A stretch of 32,000 nucleotides of DNA from Erysipelotrichaceae bacterium (GCA_028698185.1 JAQVDW010000002.1:30001-62000), one strand, 5' to 3'; positions 1-9,449 are shown, numbered from the stretch's first letter. A program made the numbers and translations. Notes: generated from the letters alone by a model not told the origin.

Positions 1-1413
<1,413 letters not shown>

Positions 1414-1415
1414 AA

Positions 1416-3095
1416 TTAATCTCCTTTTTTAGACTGATATAGACGATTCAATGCCGAGATGATCGCCATGGTGGTTGCCGTGGTGATATTCGGATGAACC
1501 CCGACTCCGTATTCCTGTCTAGCTGAACCTTTTTCACGCAACAAGACATATGAAGCGGCATTTGAAGACGAACCTGATGTAAGAGCATGTTCGCTGTAGT
1601 CGACCAAATGGGCGTAGACGCCACCAAGCTTGTTCAAAGCGTCCTTGACGGCATTGATCGGCCCGTTTCCGTAACCTTCCAACTCGATGTTCTTTCCGTC
1701 GTGGCTGACCACGACAAGCGCTTTGCGCTCATATTCACCTTCTTCAGAAATATCAATTAATTTTTGAGATACGAATTTATAAGGATTGGTATTTTCAACA
1801 TAGTTGTCTACGAAGGTATCATAGACCCGTTCCGGTGAAACCTCTCCTTCAACTTCCGAAATGTTCTGGATCAACTTGGCAAAATCAATCTGCAATCCCC
1901 GTGGCAGATGGAAGCCGTACATGCTTTCAAGCACGAATGCCACTCCACCTTTTCCCGATTGGGAATTGATCCGGACAATCGGCTCGTAAGCCCGTCCAAG
2001 ATCGCTTGGATCAACCGGCAAATACGGAACTTCCCAATATTGGCTTTGGCGCTCATGATATTTGCGGATCCCTTTGTTGATGGCATCCTGATGTGAACCG
2101 CTGAATGCGGTGAACACCAATTTTCCTGCATAGGGATGACGTGGTCCGACTTCCATTTTTGTGACTTTTTCAAAGACACGTCTGATTTCGTTGATATTGC
2201 TCAATTCCAATTCCGGATCGATTCCCTGGCTAAACAAGTTCAAAGCCAAGGTCACGATATCCACGTTCCCAGTTCTTTCACCATTGCCAAACAATGTCCC
2301 TTCGACACGGTCAGCTCCGGCCATGATACCAAGTTCGCTGGCAGCAACTCCGGTTCCGCGGTCATTGTGGGTATGCAATGAAACGATTACCCGTTCGCGA
2401 TCACTGAATTTGTTGCACATATATTCAATCTGGTCGGCATAGATATTCGGAGTCGATTTTTCTTCGGTTGATGGCAAGTTTATGATTACTTTGTTTTCTT
2501 TGCTTGCACCCCAGGTATCCATCACCGCTTCGCAGACCTCTACTGCATAGTCGAGTTCGGTTCCGGTGAAGCTTTCCGGTGAATACTCCAAGATGACCTC
2601 TCCGGTGAACTCCTGTGACAACTCCTTGACCAGTTTGACGCCGTCGATAGCGATCTGTTTTATTTCTTCTTTCGACTTGTTGAAAACCACATCACGCTGC
2701 AGTGTCGAAGTCGAATTGTAGATATGGACAATCGCCCGAGGCAATCCTTCCAAAGCTTCGAATGTTTTTCTGATCAAGTGTTCCCGGGCCTGGGTCAGAA
2801 CCTGGATAGTCACATCATCGGGTACCAGGTTTTCCTCAACCAACAATCTTAAAAAATCGTACTCGATTTGTGAAGAAGAAGGAAAGCCGACTTCGATTTC
2901 CTTGAAGCCCATGTCAACTAATAATTGGAACATTTCCACTTTTTCTTCAATTTTCATCGGCGTGACCAAAGCTTGATTGCCATCGCGCAAGTCTACCGAG
3001 ACCCATTTCGGGGCTTTTTCGATAACCTTGTCCGGCCAAGTCCGATTTGCCATTTTGATTGGTTCAAAGCGTTTATATTTCTGATAGTTCATCAT
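1416..3095 (-). CDS. leuA: 2-isopropylmalate synthase, long (type 2, LeuA2-like) form
   Basis: 559 aa. RTWPDKVIEKAPKWVSVDLRDGNQAL and HTHNDRGTGVA are the HMGL-like catalytic motifs, and the C-terminal LeuA dimerisation/regulatory region is present. An AAGGAG RBS lies 7 nt upstream of the ATG at 3095. Confidence 0.9.
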   Translation of the reverse strand: MMNYQKYKRFEPIKMANRTWPDKVIEKAPKWVSVDLRDGNQALVTPMKIEEKVEMFQLLVDMGFKEIEVGFPSSSQIEYDFLRLLVEENLVPDDVTIQVLTQAREHLIRKTFEALEGLPRAIVHIYNSTSTLQRDVVFNKSKEEIKQIAIDGVKLVKELSQEFTGEVILEYSPESFTGTELDYAVEVCEAVMDTWGASKENKVIINLPSTEEKSTPNIYADQIEYMCNKFSDRERVIVSLHTHNDRGTGVAASELGIMAGADRVEGTLFGNGERTGNVDIVTLALNLFSQGIDPELELSNINEIRRVFEKVTKMEVGPRHPYAGKLVFTAFSGSHQDAINKGIRKYHERQSQYWEVPYLPVDPSDLGRAYEPIVRINSQSGKGGVAFVLESMYGFHLPRGLQIDFAKLIQNISEVEGEVSPERVYDTFVDNYVENTNPYKFVSQKLIDISEEGEYERKALVVVSHDGKNIELEGYGNGPINAVKDALNKLGGVYAHLVDYSEHALTSGSSSNAASYVLLREKGSARQEYGVGVHPNITTATTMAIISALNRLYQSKKGD

Positions 3096-3116
3096 ATTAT
3101 TACTCCTTTATCTTTA

Positions 3117-3161
3117 TAAAAAAACTCTCGTACACAAAACAATGCGTTTTGAGGACGAGAG
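3117..3161 (-). terminator. Intrinsic terminator (expression platform of the T-box leader)
   Basis: The minus strand reads CUCUCGU-ccu-CAAAAC-gcauu-GUUUUG-ugu-ACGAGAG followed by UUUUUUU. It lies immediately upstream of the leuA RBS. Confidence 0.85.
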
Positions 3162-3392
3162 CTATACACTTCGTGGTTCCACCTCGATTCATCAATATCT
3201 CACAATATCAATCTCAGTAGGTAAAAAATACCTTAGCTTTATAACGGTAGCCAATCGTAGCAGCTTACTTGTATTTCAGCGCTCCACTCCAGGACGAGTT
3301 CAATATGCTTCTCACGAATCTTTCCACCATCCAGATTCTCTCTATGCTTCAAAGAATATTTACTATTCCCCTTCAATGCGTTTAGGTTGTTA
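3117..3392 (-). promoter_or_regulatory. T-box riboswitch leader (Leu specifier CUC) controlling leuA-ilvN-ilvC
   Basis: On the minus strand I can read the AGAGAG bulge (3338-3343) and the distal hairpin AAUCU/AGAUU with loop GGAUGGUGGAA. The specifier loop is AUAGUA / GAA-CUC-G, with CUC at 3296-3298. The F-box CCGUUA lies at 3242-3247. The T-box core GAGGUGGAACCACGAAG lies at 3169-3186; its CGAG can pair with CUCG in the 5' arm of the terminator, giving the antiterminator/terminator alternative. A U7 tract follows the terminator. Confidence 0.85.
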
Positions 3393-3397
3393 AAAAC

Positions 3398-3426
3398 ATG
3401 ATATACGTGCCGGTACAAAAAGTCAA
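3398..3426 (-). promoter_or_regulatory. Putative sigma-A promoter of the T-box/leuA transcript
   Basis: On the minus strand, TTGACT (3421-3426) is followed by a 17-nt spacer and TATCAT (3398-3403). Confidence 0.5.
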
Positions 3427-3494
3427 CCGATTTTTTTAAAAATTTACTCAAATTAAAATTTTAATAACGTAATTTATGAATATGCTAAATTAGC

Positions 3495-4535
3495 TTACTT
3501 TTCCATTCCATAACCAATTAATTCATCAATTAATGTGGGATAATCGTAACCTGCTGCCGCCATCAGCATCGGAAACATGGAAATATTGGTGAATCCCGGC
3601 AAGGTGTTGATCTCATTGAGGTATACCGCTCCGGTGTCCTGATCAAGGAAAAAATCAACCCGGCTATAGCCTGAGCCATCAATAGCCCGATAAGCTCTCA
3701 ATGCAAGGGCGCGGATGTCTTCCTGGATCTTTTTGTCGACGCGCGCAGGAATAACCGTGCTCGACTCACTGTCTTCATACTTGGATTCGAAAGTGTAGAA
3801 TTCCCCATGGGGCATGACCTGCCCGACAGGAGATACGACCACTTCGTCATTGCCCATGACCCCGACTTCAAGTTCGACGCAGTTGATTGCCTTTTCAACT
3901 ACCACCTTGTCATCATAATAGCTTGCCTGTTCCAATTTTTCCATCAATTCGCTCTTTTTATTCACCTTGTAGCAACCCACGCTGCTTCCTTGACGGCTGG
4001 CCTTGACAAAGCAAGGGAATGAAAGCTTGTCTTCGATTATCTCTTCGATATTCGGATGGAAATCGAATTCGTCGTCGACAACCACAAGCTGGCCGTTTTT
4101 AAGTTTCTTGACATACAGCGATGGCGTTTGTGGGACGTTGGCGCTGTCCAGGACTTTTTTTGTGTAAATCTTGTCCATCGCAACAGCGCTGGCAAGAACC
4201 TTGCATCCGACATAGCTGATATCGGCCAATTCAAAAAGCCCTTGGATTGTCCCATCCTCTCCAAAAAGACCATGAAGCATCGGCCAGACCACATCATTGG
4301 CCTTGAGAAGCTCGAAGATGTCAGTTATTTTCCGGGCACCATCGAGCCATTGCTTGCTGTTTAAGTCGACAGTTGGATCAAGCTCGTAAAAGCCACCATC
4401 AAGATCGATTCCTACCAGTGTGAGCCGGTATTTGTCCTTGTTTATATTTTTCAAGACCGAGGTTGCCGAAAGCCGCGAAATCTTGTGTTCGCTCGACTTA
4501 CCTCCGCACATTAAGATTAATTTAGTTTTCCCCAT
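3495..4535 (-). CDS. ddl: D-alanine--D-alanine ligase
   Basis: 346 aa. It shows the N-terminal LILMCGGKSSEHKISRLSA motif and ATP-grasp motifs (FVKASRQGSSVG, YLNEINTLPGFT). The start overlaps the murF stop by 14 nt. Confidence 0.92.
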   Translation of the reverse strand: MGKTKLILMCGGKSSEHKISRLSATSVLKNINKDKYRLTLVGIDLDGGFYELDPTVDLNSKQWLDGARKITDIFELLKANDVVWPMLHGLFGEDGTIQGLFELADISYVGCKVLASAVAMDKIYTKKVLDSANVPQTPSLYVKKLKNGQLVVVDDEFDFHPNIEEIIEDKLSFPCFVKASRQGSSVGCYKVNKKSELMEKLEQASYYDDKVVVEKAINCVELEVGVMGNDEVVVSPVGQVMPHGEFYTFESKYEDSESSTVIPARVDKKIQEDIRALALRAYRAIDGSGYSRVDFFLDQDTGAVYLNEINTLPGFTNISMFPMLMAAAGYDYPTLIDELIGYGMEK

Positions 4536-5856
4536 ATTTTTTCACCAATCCTTCGACCACATTTTTTAATTTCATGGAATTTGAACCCTTTATCAGGACA
4601 ACATCATTGTATTCAAGCGTATCGATTAAATCACCCAACAATTCTTCGTTGTTATCGAAATGATAAACAACCCCGCGGTATGAATCCTGGATGACGCTTG
4701 TTTCCTTGCCAACCGTATAGACGATATCGATATTCAATTCATTCAGATAATCACCGACATCCTTGTGGAGCTCTCTTGAATATTCGCCGAGTTCAAGCAT
4801 GTCACCGATAACCGCGATCTTTCGGTTCTTGTACGCCGCCAGCATTTTCAAGCTGGCCTTTAGACTATCGGTTGAGCTGTTGTAGCTGCCATCAATGATC
4901 GTCAGACCTTCAAGCTTGATTATGTCATGGCGATTCTTGGTCAGCTTGAAAGTTGCGATGCCCTGCTTGATCAGCTCGATGTCGATCCCTAGCTCCAACC
5001 CTACTCCGACTGCGATCAAGGCGTTGGCCACATAGTGCTCTCCAGGAGTGGGAATGACAAAGTGGTGCATCTGGTTGCCAAGGATCAAATCGAATTCGCT
5101 GGATTCCAGTTTCGATTGCACATTCAATGCCCGGTAATCGTTATGCGGACCGAACCCGACCATCAGATAGTTCGGGTACTTTACCGTCCGCAGCAGGTCA
5201 TTGTCACCATTGACGATAAGGAGTGCGCCGATATTGCCATCCATTATCTCGCATTTGGCTTTGAGAATGTTCTCACGCGAACCCAGGTTCCCTATATGGG
5301 CTGTCCCTACGTTCGTGATGCAGGCCACATCGAGCTGGGCAATCTTGGAAAGGTAAGAAATCTCGTTTTCATGGTTCATTCCCATTTCCAGGACCATAAC
5401 TTCCTCACCGTTGTAGTTGAGCATCGTCAGCGGCAGCCCGAGTTCATTGTTGTAGTTGCCCTTTGTTGCCAAAGTAGTGAACTTCTGACTAACCACATTG
5501 GCGATAAGATCTCGGGTGCTTGTCTTTCCGACCGAACCGGTGACCCCAATCACCTTGAGATCGTTGTGGACCCGCAGATAATGAGCCATCTTTCCCAAAG
5601 CCTTCACTACATCGTCAACTTTGATTACCAGGGCGTTAGAGTATTGTCCGTCATTGGAAACCAAAACCACCTTGGCTCCCTTGGCAATTGCCATTTCGAC
5701 AAAGTCATGGCCGTCCACATTTTCACCGGCGATTGCCACATAGCAGTTTCCTGGTTGAACCAATCGGCTGTCCTGGGTGATCCCGATGAATTCCTCGTTG
5801 ATGTCACCGGCCAGGACCATCCCATTCGTGGCCGCAATTATTTCGTAACCCTTCAT
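4522..5856 (-). CDS. murF: UDP-N-acetylmuramoyl-tripeptide--D-alanyl-D-alanine ligase
   Basis: 444 aa. It has the Mur ligase P-loop GVTGSVGKTSTRD, a central Mur ligase domain and a C-terminal domain (IAVIGDMLELG). A GGAGG RBS lies inside the last codons of the upstream gene. Confidence 0.9.
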   Translation of the reverse strand: MKGYEIIAATNGMVLAGDINEEFIGITQDSRLVQPGNCYVAIAGENVDGHDFVEMAIAKGAKVVLVSNDGQYSNALVIKVDDVVKALGKMAHYLRVHNDLKVIGVTGSVGKTSTRDLIANVVSQKFTTLATKGNYNNELGLPLTMLNYNGEEVMVLEMGMNHENEISYLSKIAQLDVACITNVGTAHIGNLGSRENILKAKCEIMDGNIGALLIVNGDNDLLRTVKYPNYLMVGFGPHNDYRALNVQSKLESSEFDLILGNQMHHFVIPTPGEHYVANALIAVGVGLELGIDIELIKQGIATFKLTKNRHDIIKLEGLTIIDGSYNSSTDSLKASLKMLAAYKNRKIAVIGDMLELGEYSRELHKDVGDYLNELNIDIVYTVGKETSVIQDSYRGVVYHFDNNEELLGDLIDTLEYNDVVLIKGSNSMKLKNVVEGLVKKYGEN

Positions 5857-6891
5857 CTAAACCTCCATGCTTCCTTCAAGCGATTGACTCTCGTCAATAA
5901 GATTGTAATTCAATTCATCATCGATAGTGACGATGTGGTCATTTACCACAATAAATTTGGTAAAATCGATTTGATTTGATATGATTTCAATTTGCCCCAA
6001 GTCATAGAGGACAATTCCCTGATAGGAAACGAAAACCAGTTTGTTCTGGTAGACATTGAGCATCAAAAACGGCAGGACATCGCCATACTCGTTGGCATAG
6101 AGCAAAGTAGCCTGATTCACATCGATATCGTATTGCCATAAGCCGCTGGTGGCGGTGTAGTAAACCTTGCCCTCGCACACCAGAAAACTGGTGACCTCGC
6201 CAGCGACAAGGGTCTCGATATTGCCTTGGCCATCTATCATTTTCACAGCTGCCTCGTCATCGAGATAATATATACTCCCGTCCACAATCATCAACGCGTA
6301 GCTGGGTTCATCATTAAGTTTTTCAGTTTCCAGACTTTCCAGATTCAATCTGTATATCGATTCATTGTCACCATCATCCTGGTAATACAGGTAATCATCA
6401 TCGAGTATCGGATAGTATATGTTCGTCAACAATTTTTCCGGCGTATACTGGAACTCCTTGTCAACCCGGTAGAAATCATAATATTCGTCGCAGTAATAGA
6501 TATGGTTTTCATCAACCAGAAGATAATTTACCAGCTGGTTGCTCAACAGTTCTCCACCCTGGAAGTCCGGAGAATTCCGGTACAGTCCACCCCCGCTGTA
6601 TGTAAAGCAATTGCTGCCATCATATGCCACCATGGCACCATACGCTACGGCCAACTGGGGTTGAATCTTTGCCTGGTTGGAAATTGTCACTTCCTGCGCG
6701 TTGGAACTTTGATTGCTTGCGGTCGTGAAAGACGGCATGAATCTATACGCCAGAAGCCCGACAATGATCACGGCGGCACTCACCAAATAGACCCTGTAAT
6801 TCAAAAATCCCTGGGCGGATCTTTTTTTATAACCGCACAAATCACATTCGTTTCTTTCATTCAATTCACTGCTACAGTTTGGACATTTCAT
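5857..6891 (-). CDS. Membrane-anchored protein with an N-terminal zinc ribbon, one TM helix and a DUF5050-like (beta-propeller-like) extracytoplasmic domain
   Basis: 344 aa. The N-terminus has CPNC...CDLC zinc knuckles, followed by one hydrophobic helix (YLVSAAVIIVGLLAY). Blade-like motifs ending in YY then recur (HIYYC, YLYYQ, SIYYL, KVYYT), separated by IYRLNLESLETEKL-type strands. A GAGGTGG RBS is present. The family assignment is from pattern memory only. Confidence 0.6.
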   Translation of the reverse strand: MKCPNCSSELNERNECDLCGYKKRSAQGFLNYRVYLVSAAVIIVGLLAYRFMPSFTTASNQSSNAQEVTISNQAKIQPQLAVAYGAMVAYDGSNCFTYSGGGLYRNSPDFQGGELLSNQLVNYLLVDENHIYYCDEYYDFYRVDKEFQYTPEKLLTNIYYPILDDDYLYYQDDGDNESIYRLNLESLETEKLNDEPSYALMIVDGSIYYLDDEAAVKMIDGQGNIETLVAGEVTSFLVCEGKVYYTATSGLWQYDIDVNQATLLYANEYGDVLPFLMLNVYQNKLVFVSYQGIVLYDLGQIEIISNQIDFTKFIVVNDHIVTIDDELNYNLIDESQSLEGSMEV

Positions 6892-6910
6892 GTAACCACC
6901 TCACCTAATG

Positions 6911-6919
6911 ATTTTAGCA
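6911..6919 (-). promoter_or_regulatory. Extended -10 element (TGcTAAAAT), putative promoter of the DUF5050-murF-ddl operon
   Basis: The minus strand reads TGCTAAAAT about 20 nt upstream of the ATG at 6891, just downstream of the terminator at 6955-6981. I saw no good -35 element. Confidence 0.4.
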
Positions 6920-6954
6920 CATTCATTTTAGTTTTAAAACAAAATAATAACCAC

Positions 6955-6981
6955 AAAAAAACACCGGCGCATGGACCGGTG
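6955..6981 (-). terminator. Intrinsic terminator after the 98-aa membrane protein gene
   Basis: The minus strand reads CACCGG-uccaugcg-CCGGUG followed by UUUUUUU, starting directly after the stop codon at 6982-6984. Confidence 0.8.
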
Positions 6982-7278
6982 CTAGTCGTTAGTTTCTTCA
7001 TCCACAACTTCATAATCGACATCGATGACGTCATTTGAAGATCGGTATGTTTCCTGCGTACTCTGGTAATAATCGCTTGATTTATGCTGCGTAGAATTCT
7101 CTTTATTCTGGTTGAGATATTCTTCCATCCTCTTGGCAAGCATATGTCGCTTGATCATACCGTAAATCATTGTCGCCCCAAGGATAATCCAGAATATCGG
7201 GCTTTGAATCAGACCGATAAAAATACTAAAAATCGTGAATACAACCAAAAACAATATAATGAAATTTATAATATACAT
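6982..7278 (-). CDS. Small membrane protein of unknown function (two predicted TM helices, acidic C-terminal tail)
   Basis: 98 aa. The N-terminal 45 residues are strongly hydrophobic (IINFIILFLVVFTIFSIFIGLI, IFWIILGATMIYGMI). A polar tail follows, ending DVIDVDYEVVDEETND. An AAGGAG lies 13 nt upstream, which is a long spacing. The gene has its own terminator. Confidence 0.6.
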   Translation of the reverse strand: MYIINFIILFLVVFTIFSIFIGLIQSPIFWIILGATMIYGMIKRHMLAKRMEEYLNQNKENSTQHKSSDYYQSTQETYRSSNDVIDVDYEVVDEETND

Positions 7279-7320
7279 TTTCTTTTTCCAACTCCTTAGC
7301 CCTATATTAGCCAGCGTATG

Positions 7321-7539
7321 TTAACCAATTATGAATTCAAATAATTCTTTTATGGGAATTTCCAAACCCCGGGCAATTTTTTCAATGGTTTGCAAGGACA
7401 CGTTCCGTGCCCCGCGTTCGACATCGCTGATGTAGTTTTTCGAAAGGCCACTGCGAAAACCCAATTCCTCCTGGGAAATGTTTTTTCCGATGCGGATCCG
7501 CCGCACCTGGGCGCCAAACGTTTTCTCGATACGTTCCAT
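7321..7539 (-). CDS. XRE-family (HTH_3) transcriptional regulator, DNA-binding domain only
   Basis: 72 aa. RIRIGKNISQEELGFRSGLSKNYISDVERGARNVSLQTIEKIARGL is a canonical Cro/C1-type helix-turn-helix. The ATG lies 2 nt after the whiA TGA, and a GAGGA RBS sits in the whiA 3' end. Confidence 0.85.
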   Translation of the reverse strand: MERIEKTFGAQVRRIRIGKNISQEELGFRSGLSKNYISDVERGARNVSLQTIEKIARGLEIPIKELFEFIIG

Positions 7540-7541
7540 AA

Positions 7542-8486
7542 TCAGTCCTCAAGTTTCATCAGTGACTTGGCCATCTCGTGAACTTTCTTGAACCGTCTCG
7601 AGATGCTCGCCTTTGAGATGGGGTGTCCGTTAAGCTGTTCGTAAATAACTCCAATCTCATTAAGAGTGCTCTCAGGATTGTCGATCCTGATCTGACAAAG
7701 ATCACGCGAAATTTCATCCAGGGTGTCCAACGAATCGAACATCATGATGACATTGATGTCGTTTAGTTGCTGGTTTGCGGCATTCATGGTCTTCACCTCG
7801 TTGGCGATATCGCAGTTGTTCCAGCGGTTGACCGTATTCATCATCGACCGGTCGATTCGCGTGCTTTCAAACTGCATTACCGACTGGCTTGCCCCGATCG
7901 CCCGCAAAAAATCACCGATCTTTTCGGATGATTTCAAGTAGACCACGTACTTGTTGCGCCGGGTCGTCATCTTCGCATGGAGCTCATAATAGTTCATCAG
8001 CTCCAGTACAAAAGCAGCGTACTCGTCATCCATGAACGTCATCTCCAAATGGTAGTTGGAAGTGTCGGGATTATTGACCGAACCGCAACTGAGGAATGCC
8101 CCAGCCAGATAGGCTCGCTTGCAACAATCCTTTTTCAACAGAGCCATCTGGGGGATTGCCACAAAGCCAAGATTGGAAATCAACTCAAGGTCATCGAGGA
8201 TCTCCCGGGCCTTGGTCACCTTGAGCATGTAGACATTGTTCTTCTTGAGTTTCATCTTGCGAGAAACGAGAAACTCGATATTGGGATTGTAAAGACCTTT
8301 TAGCATCTTGTGAAGTTTCGATGCGATTTTGGCATTTTCGGTCCTTATGGTCAAGGACAGTCCTTGGGAGCTCAGCGACAGGGTTCCATTGATCTTAATG
8401 ACTGCCATGAGCAAAGCCTTGGAGCAACATTTGTCAAAATCGTTAAGCACGACTTCCTCTTTTACTATTCTTGAAAATGTGATCAT
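7542..8486 (-). CDS. whiA: DNA-binding protein WhiA
   Basis: 314 aa. The length and N-terminus (SRIVKEEVV...CCSKALLMAVIKINGTLSL) match the degenerate LAGLIDADG-type WhiA N-domain. A C-terminal HTH is present (TLNEIGVIYEQLNGHPISKASISRRFKKV). An ATGA overlap joins it to the rapZ stop. Confidence 0.9.
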   Translation of the reverse strand: MITFSRIVKEEVVLNDFDKCCSKALLMAVIKINGTLSLSSQGLSLTIRTENAKIASKLHKMLKGLYNPNIEFLVSRKMKLKKNNVYMLKVTKAREILDDLELISNLGFVAIPQMALLKKDCCKRAYLAGAFLSCGSVNNPDTSNYHLEMTFMDDEYAAFVLELMNYYELHAKMTTRRNKYVVYLKSSEKIGDFLRAIGASQSVMQFESTRIDRSMMNTVNRWNNCDIANEVKTMNAANQQLNDINVIMMFDSLDTLDEISRDLCQIRIDNPESTLNEIGVIYEQLNGHPISKASISRRFKKVHEMAKSLMKLED

Positions 8487-9358
8487 CCATCAAACGCATC
8501 GCGATGGAACCGATAAACGCGATATTTTCCTTTATAATAGTCCGCAAAATAGTTGGCCAGGGTAACGGAACGATGCTGTCCGCCCGTGCACCCGATTCCT
8601 ATGGTAAGATGCTGCTTGCCTTCGAGCACGTATTGCTCCAACAGGTAATCTAACAGCTGCTTGAGCCGTTCGATGAAAATCTGGGTCTCGTTTTTCGTGA
8701 TGACATAATCATAAACTTCCTTGTTGTTGCCAGTAAGCGGCCTCAACTCATCGATATAGAAAGGATTTGGCAAAAATCGGACATCGAAAAGCAAATCGCA
8801 ATCGCGTGGCACCCCGTTCTTATAACCGAAAGACTCGAAGGTTATGGTCATTCCCCGACTCTTTTCCTGGTCGTAATACTCCATCAGGATATTTTGAAAT
8901 TTTGGTTTTTTCAGATTGGTAGTATCAATTATGTAATTGGCCAATTTGACAACCTGGTTGGAATCCTCGCGTTCCACCGTAATCGCGTCAAGCAATGATG
9001 AAACTTTGTTGGAAATCATCAAAGGATGTATCCGTCTTGATTCCTTATATCGTTTTATCAGCACTTCGTTGGAACAATCAAGAAACAAGACCGAAACATG
9101 GAGCCATTCCATATTCTCAAGAATCATGATTGCCTGCTGCACCTCTTCAATTTGTATTGCCAAGGCCACCTTTCCGGTTGTCGGCTGATTTTTAAGATAT
9201 TCGCCAAACTCCGGTAAAAGCGCTACGGGATAATTGTCAATGCAGCGATAGGCCATTGTCTCGAAAGCCTCCATCGCCGAGGTCTTGCCAGCTCCTGACA
9301 TCCCCGTCACGACGACCACTTCATATCTATCCACTTCCATCACCTGCCTTTGTACCAT
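8483..9358 (-). CDS. rapZ: RNase adapter protein RapZ (YvcJ family, P-loop NTPase)
   Basis: 291 aa. It has the Walker A motif VVVVTGMSGAGKTSA and the conserved C-terminal region (GIGCTGGQHRSV). The first ATG (9358) sits inside a TGcTATAAT -10-like element, so the real start may be the ATG at 9340 (MEVDRYEVVVV...). Confidence 0.88.
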   Translation of the reverse strand: MVQRQVMEVDRYEVVVVTGMSGAGKTSAMEAFETMAYRCIDNYPVALLPEFGEYLKNQPTTGKVALAIQIEEVQQAIMILENMEWLHVSVLFLDCSNEVLIKRYKESRRIHPLMISNKVSSLLDAITVEREDSNQVVKLANYIIDTTNLKKPKFQNILMEYYDQEKSRGMTITFESFGYKNGVPRDCDLLFDVRFLPNPFYIDELRPLTGNNKEVYDYVITKNETQIFIERLKQLLDYLLEQYVLEGKQHLTIGIGCTGGQHRSVTLANYFADYYKGKYRVYRFHRDAFDG

Positions 9359-9420
9359 TATAGCATAGATGCCTGTGATTTTCTTATATTATCACAATGA
9401 ATTTTTATCATCCTCTCATA

Positions 9421-9449
9421 TTGACAATCATCGATACATGAAGTATCAT
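9421..9449 (+). promoter_or_regulatory. Putative sigma-A promoter of arsC
   Basis: TTGACA (9421-9426) is followed by a 17-nt spacer and TATCAT (9444-9449). An imperfect inverted repeat (9427-9452) overlaps the spacer and -10. Confidence 0.55.

Noticed and set aside
3140-3383. A 10-nt direct repeat, AAACGCAUUG on the minus strand. One copy is at the 5' end of the T-box leader (3374-3383) and one is in the terminator loop (3140-3149).
   Set aside because: The two copies are in the same sense, so they cannot pair with each other. No complementary partner was found in the leader. A single 10-mer recurrence in about 300 nt is compatible with chance.
3142-3451. ORFs of 83 aa (plus strand, 3142-3393) and 70 aa (minus strand, 3239-3451) in the ddl-leuA gap.
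   Set aside because: The region is fully accounted for by a T-box leader with all of its conserved elements. The ORFs have no RBS and no protein-like composition.
5035-5979. A 314-aa plus-strand ORF antisense to murF. Similar ORFs lie at 6226-7038 (270 aa), 10910-11566 (218 aa), 16910-17440, 15947-16468, 20704-21231 and 19560-20156.
   Set aside because: All of these lie exactly opposite well-supported conserved genes. They lack RBS motifs and translate to low-complexity, His/Val/Asp/Gln-rich sequence with no recognisable motifs. They are explained by the host genes avoiding TTA, CTA and TCA codons, which removes stops from the antisense frame. They are shadow ORFs, not overlapping genes.
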